32,000 nt of DNA, taken from positions 660,001 through 692,000 of the forward strand of contig NC_015722.1 of assembly GCF_000219355.1 (NCBI RefSeq), given 5' to 3'. The first letter of the stretch is position 1; the number at the start of each line of letters is the position of its first letter. A program made the translations under genes and the position numbers. Under the pieces are notes generated by a model. That model was given only the letters and a program-made list of their open reading frames with translations. It was not told the DNA's origin and made no database searches. The stretch comes from Candidatus Midichloria mitochondrii IricVA. Its GTDB lineage: Bacteria > Pseudomonadota > Alphaproteobacteria > Rickettsiales > Midichloriaceae. Shown here one piece after another: positions 8,300 to 15,674 of the stretch.

Positions 8300-10900
8300 T
8301 CAACTACCACCCCCAGGCATTCCACCACCGCCACCTCCTCCACTACCAGCAGCACTAATCCCTTCACGCACTTTATCTCCGCCACCACCTTCTTCTTTAC
8401 CACCTTCACCTCCGCCCTTGTTGACTCCACCACTCTCATTTGCAGCAGCACTGGCACCACCAGCCGCTCCACCACCACTACCAGCTGCAGCCATGATTGC
8501 TGCGATATTAATACTTCCTTTGGCCATACTTCCTAAATCCTGCACTCCTGTTAATATAGCTAAGAAGCCCGAGACCGATCCAAGAAATAAATAGAAGAGA
8601 AAGGCAAATAACATTAATTTTAAAACAGCATCAAGATAGGTACCAACGAAGATATCTTTTAGGATGGTAAATTTGCCAAGAGGACCTAAATCAAGAGTTT
8701 CAGTCAGAGTACCATTAATATTCCCAAGATTAGCACCACAAGGATCTGCTCCCACTGCTTCATAAGTAGTACAAAATACAGAATCAACTCCAGCACAAGC
8801 TTTCTTTATGTCATTTCTATTGTTGACTAGGTCTATATCACCAAAAAATACCGAATCAAAAGTTGCAAGCATCAAGGCTATAAAAGCGAATAATAATGCA
8901 GGATATAAAATATAACCAATTATCAATTGCATCCATTTTTGGAAAATGCTTTTTGTGTAATCAAATAAAGCGAAACAAATAATTATAGGAGAGACTAAAA
9001 CCAATATTGTAAGTACAAACATTGATAGTATGAAAATATGTATAAATTTAAATATTACTAGTAATAACATTTGGCAATATATAAACGATACGACACCAAG
9101 CAGGAATCCTTCCATACTAACCAAAATTGCTGCTGATATTATCCATACTCCTATAAGACCTGCAATAGTGTACTTACATGAGCCCAGATTCAGGTAATTC
9201 AACAACTTACAGTCTATCAGATCCCAAACAGTGATTTTTACTTTATCCTTAAAGCCCATCGTAGGCTGTAAAGCTTGATTTAGTATATAACCAGAAGAAG
9301 CGTCCCCTGTTCCACTTGATTGTATGGCAGCAGATACCGGTATTTCCCTTTCTCCAAACAGATTAAAGCCCTCGAATTGATATTGGCAAAAACCTATTGG
9401 ATCATTATCATTCTGCGCGCCCATAAAAAACCCTGCTATCTCACTAGAAGCAGATAAGAGCGCTGGATACAACCCCACCTTCTCTCCATTTTTAACTTCA
9501 TACCAAGCATTACCAGTTGCGAAATAAAGAACTAGCCCAAACTTTACTACATACATTATTAACTCGCCTCTTTGCGGTAACTCAGCTGCAGTGATAATCT
9601 TTATACCAACTAAGGTGACATACAATACTAGTACCGCATACACTATCTGTTTTAAACGCTCTTGAACAATTTGGAAAAACGGTTTTTGCCCATTAACATT
9701 CACTCCACTAGGCTCAATAAACACCTTCACCAATAAATCCTGCATACAACCAATTACCGTGCTAATTATATGCATGTCACTGCTTAAGAAATCCTTCACG
9801 TATTTCTTTTGAATCCCAAGCTCATCAGTATCCCGTAAGGATTTACCCAAAGCATTCAAATCACTTCGTCCGGTAATAAAATAATAGCACCTAGTATCTT
9901 GTAAGTAGACTTTTAAGAATTCATCTAAATCAAGATCATCAGCAGGGGGCGGCACATAGCTACACCCAATTCTTATTGGTAATAATGTATAAGGAGTAAC
10001 CACGCATAACTGTACCTTACCAACTCCAGATACAAATCTATAATACGCGTGATAATGCGCAGGGAGCTGGTACTTATCGTTATCAGATTTTTTTGCAGCC
10101 AATATAAGCTCCTGCCTTTTTGGACTTCCTTGGCCTCCAGCTCTGCACCTGTTCAGGCCGCTCCAAAATCTATCCCATCCCGATACATAATGCACCACCA
10201 CCTTACCAACCATATCTTTTTTGGCATATTTGGCCGCATCGCCTGCACAATAAGGAGAAGCTGCTCCCATATATCCCCAAGTCCTTCCAATTAAGGCTTC
10301 ATCTTCCTCTACTCCTGATTTTAAAGTTGTGCCAGTGTCTGGGTCATAGAAAGGATCACAATGATAATAAAAAGGTACATCCACTGCAGTAAGCGCATTT
10401 GGATGAGTATTTAATACTAAGTTTGACCCCTTTTCTTCACATTGTACCCATCCTTGCTCAAAATTTATATATTCATGAGGAGCTACTATATAGGCATTGG
10501 TACAAAGATCTATCATGATTACATATTCTATACCCATAGCAAGTAAGGCAAATATAGTACCAAACGGCACAGCAGTAAGCATGGCCGCATAAACCACTCC
10601 TCTCCCCACGTTTGTTATTAGAGCAAGGCCACCAACACCCCCATCTTTACAGCTATTTTTATTTTTGCTGAGCATTGTTGGAATACAGGTATTGTTAAAA
10701 GCTCCATATTCCCAAGGCCATGTAGCTTTCCCACTTGTAAAGCAATTGTCTATGTTACCTAAATAACCAAATCCAGAATCAGTCACTGAACGAGATTCAA
10801 ATTCAATCATAGAGTCAAATGCAAGTGCTCTGCCATTTAACATTAAAATGGGGAGCATTATAATAAAAAAAAGTTGGAATTTTTTTATTATGTGTTGCAT
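8300..10900 (-). CDS. virB6: VirB6/TrbL-family T4SS inner-membrane protein, paralog 1 (866 aa)
   Basis: It has an N-terminal signal or TM segment and many TM helices. The conserved block is ALFDYTKSIFQKWMQLIIGY. The long Gly-rich tail reads GSGGGAAGGASAAANESGGVNKGGGEGGKEEGGGGDKVREG...GGGGGGGMPGGGS. Its start lies 2 nt after the virB4 stop, with a GAAGGAA SD. Confidence 0.85.
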   Translation of the reverse strand: MQHIIKKFQLFFIIMLPILMLNGRALAFDSMIEFESRSVTDSGFGYLGNIDNCFTSGKATWPWEYGAFNNTCIPTMLSKNKNSCKDGGVGGLALITNVGRGVVYAAMLTAVPFGTIFALLAMGIEYVIMIDLCTNAYIVAPHEYINFEQGWVQCEEKGSNLVLNTHPNALTAVDVPFYYHCDPFYDPDTGTTLKSGVEEDEALIGRTWGYMGAASPYCAGDAAKYAKKDMVGKVVVHYVSGWDRFWSGLNRCRAGGQGSPKRQELILAAKKSDNDKYQLPAHYHAYYRFVSGVGKVQLCVVTPYTLLPIRIGCSYVPPPADDLDLDEFLKVYLQDTRCYYFITGRSDLNALGKSLRDTDELGIQKKYVKDFLSSDMHIISTVIGCMQDLLVKVFIEPSGVNVNGQKPFFQIVQERLKQIVYAVLVLYVTLVGIKIITAAELPQRGELIMYVVKFGLVLYFATGNAWYEVKNGEKVGLYPALLSASSEIAGFFMGAQNDNDPIGFCQYQFEGFNLFGEREIPVSAAIQSSGTGDASSGYILNQALQPTMGFKDKVKITVWDLIDCKLLNYLNLGSCKYTIAGLIGVWIISAAILVSMEGFLLGVVSFIYCQMLLLVIFKFIHIFILSMFVLTILVLVSPIIICFALFDYTKSIFQKWMQLIIGYILYPALLFAFIALMLATFDSVFFGDIDLVNNRNDIKKACAGVDSVFCTTYEAVGADPCGANLGNINGTLTETLDLGPLGKFTILKDIFVGTYLDAVLKLMLFAFLFYLFLGSVSGFLAILTGVQDLGSMAKGSINIAAIMAAAGSGGGAAGGASAAANESGGVNKGGGEGGKEEGGGGDKVREGISAAGSGGGGGGGMPGGGS

Positions 10901-10902
10901 AA

Positions 10903-13323
10903 CTATTCCTTCAATTCTTTTAATCTGCTATTAAACTTCGGTAACCAAACATTTGGATCATCCCCATATTCCTTTCTTACTTCGTCCAGCACAATCACCG
11001 TATCTGCTCTACCTGATAAAACATTTATTATGTCTGGCATACTAGACAAATCTATACGCGCTACTACAGCATTATTACCTTGCTTCACTAAAAAGAATCT
11101 GCTCCCTGGATCAGTAGTTTTGATTAATTGATATTCTCTTTCACTAAGCATAAATGCTGTCTTATACACTTCAGTAGCTTTTAGGTTAGGAAGAAAGATT
11201 TGGGTTGCTGTTTGTTGTATTAAGGTATCGCTTATCGCGCTTTTGCTTGCATCTTCCACGCTCTGAGTTGCAAAAATCACAAAAGTATTAAGTTTACGCA
11301 GAACTTTTAACCAGTCTTTAATTTTGGGAGCAAATATTGGGTTATCAATTAGCGCCCAGGCCTCATCCAAAACTATCATACTTGGAGTACCATCCAGCGA
11401 TAAGTTAATTTTGTGAAAAATATAACTTAAAACAGGCCCAAGACTCGCCTTATCTTTAAGTAATTCGGCCATCTCGAAACCAAAAATATTAGCCTCGTCA
11501 AAATCTATGGTGTCGGTAGGATTATCAAAGATTTTTGCATGTGAACCACCGCTGTGCCACATAGCCATTCTGCTTGCAAGGCTCCCTGGTCCTTCCAACC
11601 CTAAAAATGGAGCAATGTTGCTTAAGCCTCTATTTGATTTATCAAGCTTGTAGTTACCATTAATTGATGTATTTAGTGCAGCGATATCTTCGGCGGTTAT
11701 GACTTCACCATTAACCGATACTAGCTGTTTTAGCCAATCTAATAAGAACGTTCTATTTTCACCCGTATCTGGTAATAATAAAGGATTTAAATTACAAGCC
11801 TGTGCTGGGTCTATTACTGTATAATGTCCATTCAGCGCTCTGATAAAAATTTCAGCGCCGCGGTCCTTATCAAAAAAGAATAGCCTGCACTTAAACTTTT
11901 GCGCCTGAGCACACAAAAAATTCATCATCACGGTCTTACCAGAGCCCGTGGGCCCTATGATGGTAGTATGCCCAACGTCGCGAAGGTGAAAATTGAAGTA
12001 ATAAGGAGTACCAGAAGTAGTGTCAAGAACAGTAACCGCGTCTCCCCAGTGATTTTTCTTAGGTCTACCTGTTGGGTAATTATGCAATGAATTAAATGAC
12101 GCCAGATTCATGGTATTTATTGTAGAGGACCTAACAATGAAATCAAAATTTCCAGGTAATTGAGCCCAAAATGCTGGCTCCATATTAATTTTTTCTCTAA
12201 CCCCGATACCTCCTGTATTTGTCAATTCTACAGCTGACATAGATAAAATATTTTCAAGTTCTTTTGGACTATCAGTCAAACACATTACGGTTAAATGATG
12301 CGTACCAAAGGCTATTTCTCCTCCCATTGCTTTATCGAGCGCTTCACTAATTTCCATGATCTGAGAGACAGCTTTATCGCCTGCTTGAATCATCCTATTT
12401 TGCTGCAACTGCATTCTGTTTATCGATGCTTGTCTATTAGCAAACTGAAAAGATTGAGTGATGACAAACTCAAAAGGCATACGTAAGAAGGAATCCAGCA
12501 TGCCAGCCCAGGTTTTTGGTCCATATTCTTTGACACTCACAATCCCAGCAAATTTACTTTTACCATTTTGTAATTTTGCTTCAATAGCGCGAGAACCAAA
12601 GTATAACCTTTGTCCACCAATTGTAGAATTCATATTATAGGGGGTGAATAATATCTTTGATTCTTGGCCACAGTTCACTATTTTAGCAAAAAATTCTGCG
12701 GGTTCTGAGTAATGTTTATCTCCAACTTTTTCGATACCAAGAATTCTTGCATCGTATTCTCTTAAAGAATTTACAACACGGCCCGTCGCTTCTTCCAATT
12801 GTTCATAAGCTCCCCAGAGTGGTTTGTACCATTCCTTACCATAGGATGCACTGATGAAACTAAATAATTTATCAAATACTGAGCTTTTTGAGCTAATTCC
12901 CTTTCTTATAATTGATATATAAAGTTCATTTATATAAGCTCTTCTAGTTTGATGGCGTTTACACCATTTTTGATCAAGATAACTCGCAAAGCCCTCTGGC
13001 ATATCAATATTATAATAACCTTCAGGATAAGCTTGATGCTCCTTTCTTATGATATGAAAATATAAAGCAATATTATTATCACTCATACCTTTAAAAAGCA
13101 GATTTCTAATGGTTTTTTTTATATCCAAGTCCTCATCATCTGCGGTTTCAAAAGAAAAGCCTCCTACTTTTACCACCTGTACTAACTGGTTATTTCTTGT
13201 ATAAACTGTAGTATCATTAAAATGATTAATATAAGGTATAAAGCCACTTACTGGATATTCGTTCTGGGCAATATATTGTCTTTCTATTTTAGTGCGTAAA
13301 AACTTTACCATGTTAGCAACCAA
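10903..13323 (-). CDS. virB4: T4SS ATPase VirB4
   Basis: The protein is 806 aa. Walker A is IIGPTGSGKTV and the Walker B-like motif is SMIVLDEAWALID, followed by FATQSVEDA. It lies immediately downstream of virB3. The start is TTG at 13323 or ATG at 13311. Confidence 0.93.
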   Translation of the reverse strand: MVANMVKFLRTKIERQYIAQNEYPVSGFIPYINHFNDTTVYTRNNQLVQVVKVGGFSFETADDEDLDIKKTIRNLLFKGMSDNNIALYFHIIRKEHQAYPEGYYNIDMPEGFASYLDQKWCKRHQTRRAYINELYISIIRKGISSKSSVFDKLFSFISASYGKEWYKPLWGAYEQLEEATGRVVNSLREYDARILGIEKVGDKHYSEPAEFFAKIVNCGQESKILFTPYNMNSTIGGQRLYFGSRAIEAKLQNGKSKFAGIVSVKEYGPKTWAGMLDSFLRMPFEFVITQSFQFANRQASINRMQLQQNRMIQAGDKAVSQIMEISEALDKAMGGEIAFGTHHLTVMCLTDSPKELENILSMSAVELTNTGGIGVREKINMEPAFWAQLPGNFDFIVRSSTINTMNLASFNSLHNYPTGRPKKNHWGDAVTVLDTTSGTPYYFNFHLRDVGHTTIIGPTGSGKTVMMNFLCAQAQKFKCRLFFFDKDRGAEIFIRALNGHYTVIDPAQACNLNPLLLPDTGENRTFLLDWLKQLVSVNGEVITAEDIAALNTSINGNYKLDKSNRGLSNIAPFLGLEGPGSLASRMAMWHSGGSHAKIFDNPTDTIDFDEANIFGFEMAELLKDKASLGPVLSYIFHKINLSLDGTPSMIVLDEAWALIDNPIFAPKIKDWLKVLRKLNTFVIFATQSVEDASKSAISDTLIQQTATQIFLPNLKATEVYKTAFMLSEREYQLIKTTDPGSRFFLVKQGNNAVVARIDLSSMPDIINVLSGRADTVIVLDEVRKEYGDDPNVWLPKFNSRLKELKE

Positions 13324-13325
13324 TC

Positions 13326-13616
13326 TTAATAGACGTCATAAGAATTTGCTCCATGGAACAATCTATTTTTACTCCGAGAACACTTTTCTGCCCTAACCTT
13401 AAAAAGCTCTATAAATAACGGTTCTTTTGAGCAAAGATAATATCCTAAAGCATGTATAGGAAACATTGAGACTAAATATTTAAAATTGGATGTACTGATA
13501 TACAATAACATACATGCCATACCATTTAGTATCGCAAAAGTATAGCTCACTCCAAAAAGCATCGGAGGACGCGTTAATCCTACAAAAAGTGGATCTGCCT
13601 TTACTACACCACTCAT
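13326..13616 (-). CDS. virB3: T4SS protein VirB3
   Basis: The protein is 96 aa. It has the motif DPLFVGLTRPPMLFGVSYTF followed by two hydrophobic segments. GAAGGAG lies upstream of the ATG, and the gene is directly followed by virB4. Confidence 0.88.
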   Translation of the reverse strand: MSGVVKADPLFVGLTRPPMLFGVSYTFAILNGMACMLLYISTSNFKYLVSMFPIHALGYYLCSKEPLFIELFKVRAEKCSRSKNRLFHGANSYDVY

Positions 13617-13845
13617 AAAACTTACTCCTTCTACCTATTTTCATAGCACATATAAAAGGATTAGCTTTTGAGCACTTATTGTCAATCTTAATTTATTCTT
13701 TATAAATTAGATAATATTTACATTCGACTAACATTTTGTTATATAAACATTATGCTGCGCTGCAAAATTTTATAATACCACCAATGGTTGCGCTAACTTA
13801 ACCGATGTGTAAGCCTTTTTTCTCCGAAATAAATTTTACTAATTT

Positions 13846-14334
13846 ATGCCATTCTTCGATAAAGTTATTTCTCATACAAACATACAAACAGATGCAAATT
13901 ACTTGTGCCCTAAGAGCGAAGAGATTCTTATTATGAAAGGTATAGCAAATTCAATCAAATTGCTGCTATCTTTCGCGATTGAAGGAACAAAAGCCTTCAC
14001 CATGTTAGAAAAAATGCATTATTTTTGTCTAAAAGAATTATGCTTGTACGAAAATGAAAACGATACAGAAATAAATAATGTTGCCTCTCTGGGTACACTA
14101 AGATATCTTAGCCTTGTATTTAAATATGTCTCAAGCGGCAATATACCTATAGCCTTCTCTGCAGTTGCTCCCTGTTTTTTACTTAAAAAAAAATATGATA
14201 ATGAATCAGAAAATATAAAAAATGAAATAAAAAATTTTCTTGATCTTATAGCAGAAGACCAAACTCTTGAAACCAAAAAGAATATGGAAAATATAATCTT
14301 AGACAGCACACGGATATATTTATCAATCAAGTAA
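13846..14334 (+). CDS. Hypothetical protein, divergent from virB3. It may be a remnant of a TenA/PqqC-like (haem-oxygenase-fold) protein, but this is weak.
   Basis: It is a 162-aa ORF. The only hint is AVAPCFLLKKKY, which resembles the TenA A-x-x-PC-x-x-x-Y segment, in a helical, Lys/Glu-rich context. I recognise no other motif. Confidence 0.3.
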   Translation: MPFFDKVISHTNIQTDANYLCPKSEEILIMKGIANSIKLLLSFAIEGTKAFTMLEKMHYFCLKELCLYENENDTEINNVASLGTLRYLSLVFKYVSSGNIPIAFSAVAPCFLLKKKYDNESENIKNEIKNFLDLIAEDQTLETKKNMENIILDSTRIYLSIK

Positions 14335-14619
14335 TATAAAAGTTGCAAATCAACTTTTAGTGCTGTAGGATAAGTCTGTGGTATTGTAATATTAACTTAA
14401 AAATTTAATTGAGGAGTTAATTACGTTGCACGCAACACCAAAAGACAAATCTCTCTACAGATTTAATTCAAACAAAGCTAAGCTTACAAGGTGAAGTAGA
14501 AAGCCTCAAACACCTTAAAGTGGCAAATGAAGCTCTAAAACGTCAAATGATTGCTTTAAACCAATTAAAAGCTGCCAGAGAAGATCGGGTCAAAGAGCAA
14601 GCTGGAACACATGTATACC

Positions 14620-15240
14620 ATTAACCTCAGTTTGACGTAAGGAGTAGGCCCGCAAGCCTATTTTCCATGAGATATACCGGGTTTGAAGACATAAGCCAAG
14701 AGCCCTGAGAAAAAGAGGTTTTGGCCAAGAAATTGTTTGGCGAGCGATGCCTTTAAAGATCTTATTACGGCTAGTACGTAAGTTATGACAAACCTTCCAG
14801 CTTTTTGTTGAGTCAACGCACCTGTTTGTTTCCCTTTGCAGCAATTCAGCAGAATGACCAACGGGGTGACCGCGTCTCGCATCAGCTCAACAAAGCGATT
14901 GTAGCTGACAAGCTTCGGCAATTCCTCTCTGAAAGAGATTTGAACACAGTTTAGGTAAAAATCTTTGAATCCGGTAATGCCCTCAAATGAAACAAAACGA
15001 GGATCGTTATAACTTCGGAAAGCATCATCCCAGACTCTCGTTCCCTTTGTCTCTGCGAGTTTCTTAAGGATCTTTGGTACGTGAGTTGTCGCTTGCAAAA
15101 ATCATCAATCAAACAAAATATCTCTACTAGGGAAACCACTTTCCTTATTTATCGTGAAATTGAGAGAAACTTAATGGTTACACAGCTTCTTTGAAACCAT
15201 ATCAGATAATTTCTTTAAAACTTACCTCAAACTGGGGTTA
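14620..15240 (-). mobile_element. IS982-family element, copy B: both terminal inverted repeats retained, with a 328-bp internal deletion (MITE-like derivative)
   Basis: The ends are TTAACCTCAGTTTGACGTAAG (14620-) and CTTACCTCAAACTGGGGTTA (-15240). It is collinear with copy C except for the loss of the copy-C interval between GGCGTCGCTC (23408-17) and GGCATCGCTC (23736-45). The junction GAGCGATGCC is at 14742-14751. Confidence 0.85.
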
Positions 15241-15375
15241 CTATGGACGAGTTGGAGAGCTGATTTACTCTCCTCTCATACTCTTCTTATACCGCTTTTA
15301 GTCATATTCCTGTATGCATTTTAGCGCAGAATTGAAGCTTACAGTGGGAATTTATATTTTGAACACGTGTTTAAA

Positions 15376-15451
15376 TGGTGCCCAGAGGCGGAATCGAACC
15401 ACCGACACAAGGATTTTCAGTCCTTTGCTCTACCGACTGAGCTATCTGGGC
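15376..15451 (-). tRNA. tRNA-Phe (anticodon GAA), with CCA encoded
   Basis: The reverse complement is GCCCAGATAGCTCAGTCGGTAGAGCAAAGGACTGAAAATCCTTGTGTCGGTGGTTCGATTCCGCCTCTGGGCACCA. This folds as a canonical cloverleaf with the anticodon loop CTGAAAA. Confidence 0.93.
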
Positions 15452-15493
15452 TTTTTAAACTACTTGAAGGTTTGTTTTTTAAAGCATTTTAGA

Positions 15494-15568
15494 TGGCAAC
15501 CCCTGCGGGACTCGAACCCGCGTTGCCACCGTGAAAGGGTGGAGTCCTAACCGCTAGACGAAGGGGTC
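15494..15568 (-). tRNA. tRNA-Glu (anticodon TTC), with CCA encoded
   Basis: The reverse complement is GACCCCTTCGTCTAGCGGTTAGGACTCCACCCTTTCACGGTGGCAACGCGGGTTCGAGTCCCGCAGGGGTTGCCA. The anticodon stem-loop is CCACC-CTTTCAC-GGTGG. Confidence 0.9.
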
Positions 15569-15674
15569 AAACTCGTGGAATCATTAATATAACGATTTAA
15601 TTTTAGAAGCAAGTTTAAATATGCATTTTTTGTAATAAAGTACTGCTGATAATAAATTTAATGAACTATATATT

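Noticed and set aside
8242-8536. ORFs 8285-8536 (+, Thr/Ser-rich) and 8242-8478 (-, Val-rich), which overlap the 3' end of virB6 paralog 1.
   Set aside because: Both are alternative-frame or antisense readings of the GGN-rich tail-coding sequence. Their composition is an artefact of the repeat.
14019-14348. A 109-aa minus-strand ORF overlapping ORF 13846-14334.
   Set aside because: It is the antisense of an equally weak ORF. Its Ser/Phe/Ile-rich composition is typical of an AT-rich antisense frame, and there is no support for choosing it.
15314-15550. A 78-aa plus-strand ORF.
   Set aside because: It lies entirely across the antisense of tRNA-Phe and tRNA-Glu, so it is not credible as coding sequence.
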